From: an uncultured cyanobacterium | GTDB taxonomy: Bacteria; Cyanobacteriota; Cyanobacteriia; Cyanobacteriales; CAWUOF01 | NCBI GenBank assembly: GCA_963744145.1 | Contig: CAVUSO010000001.1 | Coordinates: 1,870,831-1,934,830 of the forward strand | Reading direction: 5' to 3' | Length of the DNA: 64,000 bases | Shown here: piece by piece, positions 8,212-17,875 of the stretch | Layout of the letters: the number at the start of each line of letters is the position of its first letter | Numbering within the stretch: the first letter of the stretch is position 1 | Translations under genes and position numbers: made by a program | The notes under the pieces: generated by a model | Databases searched by the model: none | Seen by the model: the letters and a program-made list of their open reading frames with translations, nothing else | Told to the model about the DNA's origin: nothing

Positions 8212-11200
8212 TTAGCCTTTGTAGTCTGGCATCATACATTTGTCGCTATCGCATCCAGCTGGTCCTTCTACCATTGAATATCCCAGATCGTAGCGGCGCA
8301 AAGCTGTATAAAAGTCATTAATTTTTTGTCTGGCTTTCACTTCTTTTTGTAAACGTTTATAAGTATCCTGATCGATTTTCTCAAAGGGTAGTCTTGGGAA
8401 AGGAGCATTAAAACGCGCAAACAAAGCTGCACTAATATACCCTTCATCATTTTGAATGGTTTGGTAAATACGTTGACCAACTACATCAATTTCTGCTTCA
8501 GTTAATTCGATCGTTGCGCTAGTATTATGGGTGGTATAATAACGTTGCACTTGCATATAGAAATCAAACTGAGCTAAAGCAGAAAACTTTTCAATTTCAA
8601 TCTCATCTGCTCCAGGTAAGTTTGTCCAGCATACTTCGGTGGGAATTTCGACGAGCCAAGCAGAGCAACGTGGATCGAAGGGATCATTCAGTAAGTTACC
8701 ATTTTCATCTTTGTCGTCTTGAGATGGTACAACATTATAACCGTAGTCAATACAGGCTAATGCGACTGGATCGTTTTTTGCAAAAGTAATCCGACGTAGA
8801 AAACGCTGGGATTTGGGAGGGTGCCATCCTGGAGAACCTCCAGTCAGAAGTACCTTAGTACCAGAAGGTTGAACTGTAGTACATCGATTTGGTTTATTCA
8901 GATGGTGCCGATCGCAATAATCCCAAACTACCTGATGGGCGATATTTTGCCAATGACTTAAATACTCTTGTTCACGTCGTTTAAATTCTAATCCTAAAGT
9001 TGTTTCTGGTCGTCCTTCTACCCACCAGCGCAACCATTCTACTCCAAAAGCTTTCACAAAGAAATCAAATAAACCCCCAAAAGATACACCAACGATCGGA
9101 TCAATTTCACGAGATTTTTGAAATCTTGATTCTAAAAATCCTCGTTTTAATAAAGCCGCAACTGATAGAGCCGCAGCGGTAAAAGCATCTTCCTGTTCTT
9201 TCCAGTCATTAGGATCAAGCAAATCGAGGTGAACTTGAGATAGATTACAATGAAAATCCGTGCCAATAATTTCACCACAATTATGAGCGACAAAACCATT
9301 CGCATCAAATCTTGATCCACTTGGTACGGTACAATCGTAAACAGGGGCTTCACCAGCGGGAATAATTGCACTTATTTCAACAGTAAATCTTTCTCTGGTT
9401 AGCTCTCCCTCCTCACTTGCTAATGCTAAGGCTAATTGTTGAGATTTTGTTGATTCTTGAAACCCAATTAATTGCTGAAATACAATAATATTGTCGTTGC
9501 TAATGACTAAATTATGATTTGTTTGAGCTAAGTTAGGTTGACGATCAGACAATTTACTGATCTCTTCATGCTGATAATTTTGGTAAATTGTTGCTGCAAT
9601 TCCTAGACGGAGTAACATTCTCTGAATTGCTGCTAAGTTAGATAAATTGCTTTGAGCTAACTGAATGATGATCTCTTTACTTTCAGTAATATTGATATTA
9701 CCATTAGCATCAAATAAGCTTTTTAAAAAACCTCGATAGAATTCATAACTAGCTTTTTCAACTTCGGGAGTAATTTCTTGAAATCCTGGCTCTAATCCGA
9801 ATTTACTTGCTACTTTTTCCCAACTAACAGTAGATGTTATATGCTGGGTGTCAAGTGCTATAATTCTGTTCTTTTTCCTGAACCCTGACAACTGTTTGGT
9901 ATGGCTCCAGAAATTACCAAGTAACCATCCTTCGGCAAAAGTTCCATTTCCATCCCAAGGTTGGAGAGCGCGGTGATTATGAATTAAAATGCGATCGCCC
10001 GGTTTTAAATCTTGAACTTCACACCATTCTGAACACTGTTGTTTTTGAGTTTGAGCTGTGACTTTTAAGACTTGGTGATTTTCGGTTAGTCTTAAGGTAT
10101 AACCTGGTTTAGTGTGGAGTTGAACAACAGGTTTTACTCCAGTAAAGAAAAAGCCTTTAGCAGTTGTACTAAATAACTCTCCATTGACATAAACACTATG
10201 TTGAATACCAATTAATTCTTTGACTTGTCTAGCTCCATACTCAGTATGAATCCAAGTATCTTCAGTAATACAAGGATTCAGAGCATACCGAGCTAAACGA
10301 TGCTCTATCTCATGATCAGAAAGTTGAGGATTAAGTTGTCGTAACCATTGTTCTGCTTGATCCTGCTCATAAGCTCTCAAGAAATCAGTTTTTAATTCAG
10401 GAGTTTTTAGTAAATCGCGATTTGCTCTAGCTACTGCTTCTCCAGCCCATTGAATTGCTCCTTCACCAGAATAATATTGTTGACGTACAGCTTCAAGACA
10501 TTCATCAAAAGTAGGTTTGTGATGGAAAACACGAGTATGATTACTCATTCTCAGCGCGTCTCTTTGTGGATCAATGCGCCATTTTCCTGATTCATCCTGT
10601 TGCCAAAGGTTAGCTTTTGCGTTAGTAAATAGAGGATCGTTACTATCACCTTGACGCATTCCGGCACTTCTTCTAATATTACCTGCAACTACACAAGCAG
10701 CAGCTTCATCAATTAATAAGCAGCATTCTACCGAATTTAGTTTTCTTCCCACCGCTTGATTCAGTACAGCAACGCAACGCTGATACAATTCTGATAACTT
10801 AATCGGATTAGCAACACCACCAAAACCTTGTAGAACTTCTCCAGCAGGACGTACATCACTTAAGTCAATCGATACATTAATTTCTCCAGCAAATCTTTCA
10901 TCACTAGATAATTCTAATAAAGTTTGATAGGACTTAACCCAACCTTCACGACTATCTCCTACATAGATATATACGTGATGATTGTCAATTTTTACTTCTG
11001 TTGTTTGACGACGTAATTCTGGAATTGTCAGTCCAATCTCACCTGGCATATTGATGGTAAGATGATTACGAATTGGTGGAAGTTGGTTAATATATTTTGG
11101 CTCTAATACAGCCCCAGTTCCACAACCCATCATTGCCAATTCCATCATAATTCCAAAGGATTCCCAGTCAGTAATATCGCGACTGGTACAGTTAAATCCT

Positions 11201-11490
11201 CCAGAGAAGTTTTCGGGTTTCTCAAACCATTTTGTACCACCAATCCAGAGGAAACGGGCACCAACTGTAGTTTTTAGTTGACTTTGCATCCGCTCAATGA
11301 TCTGTGCTTCTTGAGGAGTAAGTTCACCGAGTTGGGTTAATCCTTGTAAGGTGCGATCGCACACTTCTTTCCAGGTTTCTCGTCCCGTTTCTTGACGACG
11401 ACTGTAAGTCCTAAAAAATACTGGATTTGCTGCTGGAGCTGTGGATGGGAATTCCCAATTATTACTGATTCTTTCTAGTTCTCGCACCAT
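8212..11490 (-). CDS. nrdJ: adenosylcobalamin-dependent (class II) ribonucleotide reductase interrupted by an intein
   Basis: The 1092-aa ORF has exteins with class II RNR features, including a cysteine-rich C-terminal tail (GPAGCDSDKCMMPDYKG). The ORF is interrupted by a 331-aa insertion beginning C-I-T-E-D-T-W-I-H-T and ending F-V-A-H-N followed by Cys. These are canonical intein block A and block G splice junctions. Confidence 0.8.
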   Translation of the reverse strand: MVRELERISNNWEFPSTAPAANPVFFRTYSRRQETGRETWKEVCDRTLQGLTQLGELTPQEAQIIERMQSQLKTTVGARFLWIGGTKWFEKPENFSGGFNCTSRDITDWESFGIMMELAMMGCGTGAVLEPKYINQLPPIRNHLTINMPGEIGLTIPELRRQTTEVKIDNHHVYIYVGDSREGWVKSYQTLLELSSDERFAGEINVSIDLSDVRPAGEVLQGFGGVANPIKLSELYQRCVAVLNQAVGRKLNSVECCLLIDEAAACVVAGNIRRSAGMRQGDSNDPLFTNAKANLWQQDESGKWRIDPQRDALRMSNHTRVFHHKPTFDECLEAVRQQYYSGEGAIQWAGEAVARANRDLLKTPELKTDFLRAYEQDQAEQWLRQLNPQLSDHEIEHRLARYALNPCITEDTWIHTEYGARQVKELIGIQHSVYVNGELFSTTAKGFFFTGVKPVVQLHTKPGYTLRLTENHQVLKVTAQTQKQQCSEWCEVQDLKPGDRILIHNHRALQPWDGNGTFAEGWLLGNFWSHTKQLSGFRKKNRIIALDTQHITSTVSWEKVASKFGLEPGFQEITPEVEKASYEFYRGFLKSLFDANGNINITESKEIIIQLAQSNLSNLAAIQRMLLRLGIAATIYQNYQHEEISKLSDRQPNLAQTNHNLVISNDNIIVFQQLIGFQESTKSQQLALALASEEGELTRERFTVEISAIIPAGEAPVYDCTVPSGSRFDANGFVAHNCGEIIGTDFHCNLSQVHLDLLDPNDWKEQEDAFTAAALSVAALLKRGFLESRFQKSREIDPIVGVSFGGLFDFFVKAFGVEWLRWWVEGRPETTLGLEFKRREQEYLSHWQNIAHQVVWDYCDRHHLNKPNRCTTVQPSGTKVLLTGGSPGWHPPKSQRFLRRITFAKNDPVALACIDYGYNVVPSQDDKDENGNLLNDPFDPRCSAWLVEIPTEVCWTNLPGADEIEIEKFSALAQFDFYMQVQRYYTTHNTSATIELTEAEIDVVGQRIYQTIQNDEGYISAALFARFNAPFPRLPFEKIDQDTYKRLQKEVKARQKINDFYTALRRYDLGYSMVEGPAGCDSDKCMMPDYKG
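9280..10272 (-). other. intein (331 aa) with LAGLIDADG-type homing endonuclease domain inside nrdJ
   Basis: Boundaries mapped at codon level: Cys407 codon at 10270-10272 and Asn737 codon at 9280-9282, with the +1 Cys at 9277-9279. Internal motifs GWLLGNFWSH and GFLKSLFDANGNIN resemble the two LAGLIDADG blocks. Confidence 0.75.
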
Positions 11491-11892
11491 AATCTATCCT
11501 GTGATGGCATATATAGCGTTTACAAGGTCGCGGACGTTTGATTGTAACACTATAACTAGATATTTGGCAAAACCAGATCCAAAACTGATCGATTGACCCG
11601 TTCCTGATTAGACTCACCAGGTTGGGGCAATCGACTCATGGACGATTGCTAGGGTGAATTGAGCAAGCGATTACATAAGTTACACTACATGAATGCAATT
11701 AGAATGAGAATTAGTGGAGCTCTTCAGTAAATGGGGTGGTGAGAAAGATGAGGGAGCATCCCACTTTTTGACTAAGTAGAAATACTTAGAGCCAAATCAC
11801 CATTCAAGTAAGCACACCTTAGTTTCAACATTTGAGAGACATTTTTTTGTTCCCATTGTGAGCCAGTAATTTTCATCCTCAACCCAATCTGT

Positions 11893-12572
11893 TTAATCAA
11901 AGACTCTACTCCCCCCTACCCAGGTGCAAATTCCTAATTCTTGATATAATTGATAATCTGGTATCCTTGATTGGTGTTTGTTGAGATAATTCTGGAAATT
12001 CCGAGTCTGTTTATTGTCTAATCCGGCAAATTCCTCTTCAGCTTCTTTTACTAATCCTTGCGTAGGGGCGTATTGCAATACGCCCCTACTTGACTTTTTT
12101 TAATCTTTTACTTGACACCTCGACTTTATATAAATTTTCGGTTAAATGATACCAATCCAAAATTTTTCTTCTTTGAGCAGAACTACCAATCTGATTAATT
12201 ATCTTCCAAACTCCATCATGACCATCGTCTAAACGTAGGGGCGTATTGCAATACGCCCGTACTAATATATTACTCAAAGGTTGTTGATTTACCCAAGCGA
12301 TTAATTTTTCATCTTGTTGAAATAATGCTCCTCCTACCCGGTCATGAATCTTGATTGCAATATAATTGTTTCCATTCACTTTTTTCTCCTAATGGTGTTC
12401 TAATTCTGACACTTCCTCCATCTACACTTAATGCTTCTGCTCTTTTAGTGATTTCGGTTAATTCTACTTGATGATTTAATCCTAAACGATGTTGTGTGCT
12501 ATGGGTAGGGGCGCAAGAGCAATACGCCCCTACGATACCTGTTAAAAGTTCCAAATCTCTTTCTACATTCAT
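11893..12572 (-). pseudogene. degraded transposase gene in three ORF fragments, interrupted by palindromic repeat copies
   Basis: Three short consecutive minus-strand ORFs (76, 97 and 61 aa). C-terminal-like transposase motifs are ILDWYHLTENLYKV and RIPDYQLYQELGICTWVGGS. Three copies of GTAGGGGCGTATTGCAATACGCCCCTAC or variants lie at 12065-12086, 12237-12258 and 12507-12530, at or within the fragment boundaries. Confidence 0.5.
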
Positions 12573-13015
12573 AAATGATTCTAAAGCTGATTAAGATTAA
12601 AGAACATTTTCCTAAGATTGGACTTAAACGAGTTTTTTTCTTTAATTTCAGTCTTTCCGCTTGTGAGAGTTGATAATGAGATTTCCCCTACACAACTTTT
12701 AATCGTTCTTAAAGTCACTAAATTCCTCAGTTGGTGTATATTTATATAGAATCGCGGCTACTGCTGCTAAATTTTTTTCAATAATCATTTGTTCTTCTGG
12801 TGTCATTTGTTCTTTCGGTGTGATTTTTTGGTGTCAATTAATTGCTTGTTGTACTTTTCTATTGTCCTGGATTTAATTTTTCATTACAATAAGTATTTTT
12901 ATTTATTGCAGAAGTGGATGCTCCCAGACCTGGGTGACCACGCTCTTTTTGTTCACCCTGATATAAATCAACAATATTGGCATCAATCCGCAATTTACCT
13001 AGGTAATGAAAATTG

Positions 13016-13515
13016 ACAACTCTGTTCTGTCAAGGACTCGCCTTTTGTCTGGGAGTAAGTTAAGCTATATCGGGAGTATTCCCACCAATTAAATTCCGTT
13101 GATGAGAGTGTATAGGAGTGAGGAGTGCGAAAACGGTATCCCCATAAACCAAGTTTATCGGTGGTGTCATCCCAGTCAGCATCTGGTCTAAATTGGACGA
13201 CACCCTCGAATGATCCTAAAAGTAGTGAACCTAATTCTCAAAATAAGCCCCCAAGTCTATCTTTACCCTTTACTAATTTACCCAGAAAGCCGATCGCCCC
13301 GCCAGAACCACCTATTTATTCGGATCACGTTGGTACTCAGTCCCAGGAAAATAGTTTCTCTCCACCTAACTTAGAGACTAGATCCAAAACTCCACCCAGT
13401 CGTTCTCTGAAAGCGAATCCAGGGTTGGGAAGACCGAGTTTGGAGATGGGACAACAATCGATCGCTAATCATCAGCGCGATCGCTCTCGTCGTTCTGGTC
13501 GCTCATCTGATCGAC
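13016..13515 (+). repeat. 500-bp direct repeat, copy 1 (near-identical to 17876-18375)
   Basis: Near-identical to 17876-18375 by direct comparison, apart from a few substitutions. Covers the promoter region and first ~130 codons of the beta-lactamase-like gene. Confidence 0.9.
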
Positions 13516-13607
13516 AGAAAAATACTCTGATAAAACGTTCTGGATCTGGATTTAGAAACTTTGAAAATTTCCGAATAAGATGCCTGTTAAACTGGCATTT
13601 TACTTAG
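13125..13607 (+). pseudogene. truncated 5' duplicate of the class A beta-lactamase-like gene (160-aa ORF; catalytic domain absent)
   Basis: The first 130 residues match those of the 564-aa protein at 17986-19680. Sequence diverges after RSSDR at 13516 and terminates shortly after. Confidence 0.7.
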
Positions 13608-13795
13608 TATTTTAGCATAACAAGTACCGAAGAGCCAAAATTATTTAATTAGGATATAATTTCTACTCAATGAACCGTATAATTACTATATAAATCTAAC
13701 AATAGCCCGTAAAATCAGGATAAAATTATTGAACAATTTCTCAACAAGGTTTACAATCGATATTAGGAAAACTATGGATGTGAGACTTTAAAAAT

Positions 13796-15151
13796 ATGAA
13801 AATTCAGCAAATATCCGTTATGGGTTTATTCGGAATTTTTGACCATGTAATTCCATTGAATATGGATGAGAGAATCACGATTATTCATGGCCCAAATGGT
13901 TTTGGAAAAACAGCAATATTGAGAATGGTGAATGGATTCTTCAACTCTCGATACTCAGTGTTTCGCACTATCCCATTTAGCAAATTTCGAGTTGAGTTTG
14001 ATAATGATAGTTTTGTTGAGGTGATAAAAACTTCTGACAGTTTGGAGAAAACGAAGAAAATAGAGGATATAACTCTTTACTTTCACAGCACTAATGAAAA
14101 AGAAGATCCTTTTGTTTTGAAAGGATCAAATAACCCTTCAGATATTGGCATTCCAGTAGATATTTTGGATGACATAATACCTGAACTTCGCCGAGTAGGG
14201 TCTAAAAATTGGCGGTATATTCCGACTGGTGAAATCCTTTCTTTAATCGAAGTTATAGATCGATTTGAAGACTTTTTGCCTACAAAAACAAAATTGCGAG
14301 AAGAACCTGAGTGGTTAGAAAAATTAAAGCATGATATTAATGTTCGCTTGATAGAATCGCAGCGTTTACTAAACGTTGATTCTAGCTATTCTTCAAGAGA
14401 ATATGCTAGGAAAAATTCAATGTTACCAACTGTTTCTGCCTATTCTAAAGAGCTTGCACAATATATTGAATCTAAACTTGCTGAATATGGTACAACTTCC
14501 CAAGCACTCGATCGCACATTTCCTGCGAGGGTAGTAAAACAACAGCTATCTCCTGATTTAACAGAAGAAAAACTTCGTCATCAGCTAAATCAGCTTGAAG
14601 AAACTCGCTCTCGTCTGATCGAGGTAGGTTTATTAGATAAGGATGAAAATTCAGACTTTCAAATTCAGTCTCAATCAATAGATGAAAGCACCAAAAATAT
14701 CTTATCAGTGTATGTTGATGATGTAGAAAAGAAGCTAAACGTTTTCAGTGAAATTGCCAGCAAGATTGATCTGTTAAGAAGAATTATTAATATTAAATTT
14801 GCTTATTCCTACAAAGAAATGAATTTCAACAAGGAAAAAGGGTTTGTTTTTAAGACAAGTTATAACACTTCTTCTAATACAGATACTATTTCTCCAACAG
14901 ATTTATCATCTGGCGAGCAACATGAGTTAATTCTTCTCTACGAACTACTATTTAAAGTTCAACCTAATTCTCTCGTCTTGATTGATGAACCTGAATTATC
15001 GCTTCATGTAGGATGGCAAAAGCAGTTTCTAAAAGACTTGCAAGAAATCATAAAACTTGCAGATTTAGATATTCTAATGGCTACTCACTCACCAGACATC
15101 ATTCAAGATCGCTGGGATTTAACTGTAGGTCTGAAAGGGATAGAAAAATGA
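13796..15151 (+). CDS. ABC-type (SMC/OLD-like) ATPase, AriA-like component of a PARIS or split-OLD-type defence pair
   Basis: Walker A HGPNGFGKTAIL. ABC signature-like LSSGEQHEL, Walker B SLVLIDEPELSLH and H-loop MATHSPD at the C-terminus, with a long coiled-coil-like insertion between. The stop overlaps the next gene's start (ATGA at 15148-15151). Confidence 0.65.
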   Translation: MKIQQISVMGLFGIFDHVIPLNMDERITIIHGPNGFGKTAILRMVNGFFNSRYSVFRTIPFSKFRVEFDNDSFVEVIKTSDSLEKTKKIEDITLYFHSTNEKEDPFVLKGSNNPSDIGIPVDILDDIIPELRRVGSKNWRYIPTGEILSLIEVIDRFEDFLPTKTKLREEPEWLEKLKHDINVRLIESQRLLNVDSSYSSREYARKNSMLPTVSAYSKELAQYIESKLAEYGTTSQALDRTFPARVVKQQLSPDLTEEKLRHQLNQLEETRSRLIEVGLLDKDENSDFQIQSQSIDESTKNILSVYVDDVEKKLNVFSEIASKIDLLRRIINIKFAYSYKEMNFNKEKGFVFKTSYNTSSNTDTISPTDLSSGEQHELILLYELLFKVQPNSLVLIDEPELSLHVGWQKQFLKDLQEIIKLADLDILMATHSPDIIQDRWDLTVGLKGIEK

Positions 15152-15999
15152 GGGAGGAGCTTACATTTTACCGTTATGCCAATGCCATTCTACTAGAACG
15201 TGAAACATTTATAGGCACTTTTTTATTAGTTGAAGGCGACTTGGATAAGACTTTTTATAAGCGTTTTGTAGTCAGTGAATGTGAATTAAAGAATTATTCA
15301 GGCAAATCAAACGTTATTGAGGTTCTAAATATTTTGGAGAAAGAAAATTTTCCGGGAGTTTTAGCCATTGTTGATGCAGATTTTGACTATCTCGACAGTT
15401 CATCGTACAATAGCCCTAATTTGATTCGTACAGATACTCATGATCTTGAAACTATGCTGCTTAATTCATTTGCGCTAGATAAGGTAATTAATGAGCTTGG
15501 TTCCCAGGAGAAAATTACTAGCTTTGGTCGAGATATAAGAACAGTATTGATTGAATCTGGTCGAGTAGTTGGGTATCTTCGCTGGGTTTCTCAATTGGAT
15601 GGATTAAACTTAACCTTTAATGACATCAAATTTAGTAAGTTTATTGATGAGAACACTATGAAAATTGATGAACTTAAACTAATTCAAGAAGTAAAAAATA
15701 AATCCCAAAAATTGGCATTGAAAAGTGAAGATTTACAACAAAGGATCACAAACCAAAAAAGTAGCAACCATGATCCTTGGCAAGTTTGCTGTGGTCACGA
15801 TTTGGTAGAAATTTTATCCATCGGCTTACGCAAAGCAATTGGCACCAAAGATGCTAACGATGTTAAACCGGAAAATCTTGAGCGTAATTTACGACTTGCT
15901 TATGAAGAAACTTATTTTTGTAAGACACAAATTTACTTTTCTGTTCGCACCTGGGAAAGTAACAATAGACCATTTAGAGTTTTGCGGAATGAAATATAA
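15148..15999 (+). CDS. Toprim-like (DUF4435/OLD-nuclease-like) protein, AriB-like partner
   Basis: 283 aa starting MREELTFY. LLVEGDLDKTFY and later AIVDADFDYLD fit the Toprim E...DxD signature of OLD-family nucleases and PARIS AriB. Translationally coupled to the upstream ATPase. The family assignment is an inference from motifs. Confidence 0.55.
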   Translation: MREELTFYRYANAILLERETFIGTFLLVEGDLDKTFYKRFVVSECELKNYSGKSNVIEVLNILEKENFPGVLAIVDADFDYLDSSSYNSPNLIRTDTHDLETMLLNSFALDKVINELGSQEKITSFGRDIRTVLIESGRVVGYLRWVSQLDGLNLTFNDIKFSKFIDENTMKIDELKLIQEVKNKSQKLALKSEDLQQRITNQKSSNHDPWQVCCGHDLVEILSIGLRKAIGTKDANDVKPENLERNLRLAYEETYFCKTQIYFSVRTWESNNRPFRVLRNEI

Positions 16000-16104
16000 A
16001 TTCTTGTTGTTCGCAGATAACCTCTTACTAGGTTAATACGTTAAGGAGTCGCAATATCGGTTATGCTATATCATGTACTATAACTCACACAATATTGTCA
16101 AATT

Positions 16105-17193
16105 ATGCTGACGACGCTAAAAATTGAAAATTTCCGTTGCTTCAAAACGTTTGAACTTCAGCAGCTTGGTCAATTAAATCTGCTTGTTGGTACTAATAAT
16201 AGTGGTAAGACATCAATCTTAGAAGCTGTTCAACTTCTTACCTCTTCATCTAACCTGGAAACATTATTAGAAGTAATGATTGGGAGAGGTGAGTATATTT
16301 GGAGTGATGAACCTGATAGTCGTTATGATCCAACTCGTGGGGTCGATCTCGATATTCACCATCTTTTTTATGGTCATAAGATTGATCTAGGTAGCAGGTT
16401 TTCAATATTTGGTAACAACCATAACGATAGGAAAGAAATAGCTGTATCTGTAGCAGAAACAGAACAACTTAACTTGTTTAAAGAGCTACGAGAGTTGGTA
16501 TTAGTTATTCAGTGGTTGGGACAGGAAAATATCAAATTACCATTATCCTCTAAAGAAGGTTTACAGTCAGATTACCTAAGACTTGTTCATAGGGATTATA
16601 AAAATTCAAGACTAAGAACAGAATTTGTCACATCTTCTTCATTGACAACTAGGAAAATGATGGAACTTTTTGATAAATTTGTTCTTACACCGGAAGAGGA
16701 TCTTATTACCGAGGCACTCCAGACAATAGAACCCAGAATTGAACGTATTGCTTTAATTGGTTCCGCCAGAAATTATAGTAGATATGCTGGTTCGCGTAGC
16801 GGCTTTGTTGTACGGCTTTCTAATAGCGATCAACGTATACCTATTGGTAGTATGGGAGATGGAATATGGCGAATATTGGGACTAATATTAGCAATTGTTA
16901 ATTCAAGAAATGGTTTTTTGCTAGTTGATGAAATTGACACTGGGTTTCACTTTAGTGCGATGTCTGATATGTGGAAATTAATCTGGAAAACAGCTAAACG
17001 GCTTAATGTTCAAGTTTTTGCTACAACTCATAGTAGCGATTGCTGGACAAGTCTAGCAGCAATTGCAAGTACCGAAACCCCAAGTGAAGAAGGTATTACC
17101 ATTCAAAGGATTGAGAAAGATAAGTCAAGAAGTATTGTCTTTACCGAACGGGAAGTTGTAATCGCTGCTGAACGAGGAATTGAGGTGAGGTAG
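16105..17193 (+). CDS. second ABC-type ATPase (AAA_21-like)
   Basis: Walker A VGTNNSGKTSILEAV. Signature-like GSMGDGIWRIL, Walker B FLLVDEIDTGFH, and H-loop ATTHSSD. Confidence 0.65.
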   Translation: MLTTLKIENFRCFKTFELQQLGQLNLLVGTNNSGKTSILEAVQLLTSSSNLETLLEVMIGRGEYIWSDEPDSRYDPTRGVDLDIHHLFYGHKIDLGSRFSIFGNNHNDRKEIAVSVAETEQLNLFKELRELVLVIQWLGQENIKLPLSSKEGLQSDYLRLVHRDYKNSRLRTEFVTSSSLTTRKMMELFDKFVLTPEEDLITEALQTIEPRIERIALIGSARNYSRYAGSRSGFVVRLSNSDQRIPIGSMGDGIWRILGLILAIVNSRNGFLLVDEIDTGFHFSAMSDMWKLIWKTAKRLNVQVFATTHSSDCWTSLAAIASTETPSEEGITIQRIEKDKSRSIVFTEREVVIAAERGIEVR

Positions 17194-17196
17194 AGA

Positions 17197-17853
17197 ATGT
17201 CTGTGGCTAAAATTCATCCAAAGATTCTTCTTGTAGAGGGAGATGAAGATCGTCGTGTAATACCACAACTAATTGAAGCAAATGGTGTAAATTGGAAATC
17301 AAAATATAACCCAGTTGTATATATTGATGCTTGTGGTGGCTATGAAAAGTTAGTCAAGCCTGATGTAATTCCAACTCAACTAAAAGCATCTGGGCTTTCT
17401 ACTCTTGGCATAATGATTGATGCAGATGATAATCCTTTAGCGCGTTGGCAAAGCATTAGAAATGCCAGTCTGAAAAGTATTCCTGATCTTCCAGATATTC
17501 TACCAGAAGACGGATTGATCCATAGCACTTCTGATGGAATTAAATTTGGAATTTGGATGATGCCTGATAACCAAATGCGTGGGATGTTGGAAACTTTTTT
17601 GACATACATGATTCCCACCGGTAATGAAGCACTTTGGCAGTTTGCTCAAGATACAGTTAAAGAGGCAAAAAAGAAAGGTGCTGTGTTTACAGAACCTCAT
17701 TTTGATAAAGCAAACATTTATACTTGGTTAGCTTGGCAAGATCCTCCAGGACGACAACTACATCAAGCAATTATGCAACGCATCCTCAATCCAAAACACC
17801 CTGATGCTCAAAGGTTTGTGACTTGGTTTAAAAACTTGTATGATTTGACTTAA
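17197..17853 (+). CDS. small Toprim-like protein (possibly DUF4276-like) partner of the second ATPase
   Basis: 218 aa. ILLVEGDEDRRVIPQL near the N-terminus and GIMIDADDNPL later, the same E...DxD arrangement as the AriB-like protein. Starts 3 nt after the ATPase stop. Confidence 0.5.
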   Translation: MSVAKIHPKILLVEGDEDRRVIPQLIEANGVNWKSKYNPVVYIDACGGYEKLVKPDVIPTQLKASGLSTLGIMIDADDNPLARWQSIRNASLKSIPDLPDILPEDGLIHSTSDGIKFGIWMMPDNQMRGMLETFLTYMIPTGNEALWQFAQDTVKEAKKKGAVFTEPHFDKANIYTWLAWQDPPGRQLHQAIMQRILNPKHPDAQRFVTWFKNLYDLT

Positions 17854-17875
17854 GGTGCTGCCGATTACATAGATG

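Noticed and set aside
9000-9371. Two short ORFs (9000-9182 plus strand and 9147-9371 minus strand, different frame)
   Set aside because: Embedded in the nrdJ coding sequence; spurious.
11491-11892. Possible cobalamin riboswitch or NrdR box upstream of the B12-dependent nrdJ
   Set aside because: No conserved B12-box-like sequence or NrdR palindrome recognised by eye. A covariance-model scan would be needed.
12789-13016. 75-aa ORF
   Set aside because: AT-rich, low-complexity product (FFWCHLFFRCDFLV...) in the spacer before the direct repeat.
14472-14678. 68-aa minus-strand ORF
   Set aside because: Antisense within the AriA-like ATPase gene.
15013-15150. Upstream extension of the AriB-like ORF given by the track (start 15013)
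   Set aside because: It would overlap 139 nt of the ATPase gene. The ATG at 15148 forms a typical ATGA coupling overlap and precedes the conserved N-terminus.
17376-17700. Two antisense ORFs (80 and 66 aa)
   Set aside because: Inside the Toprim-like gene on the opposite strand.
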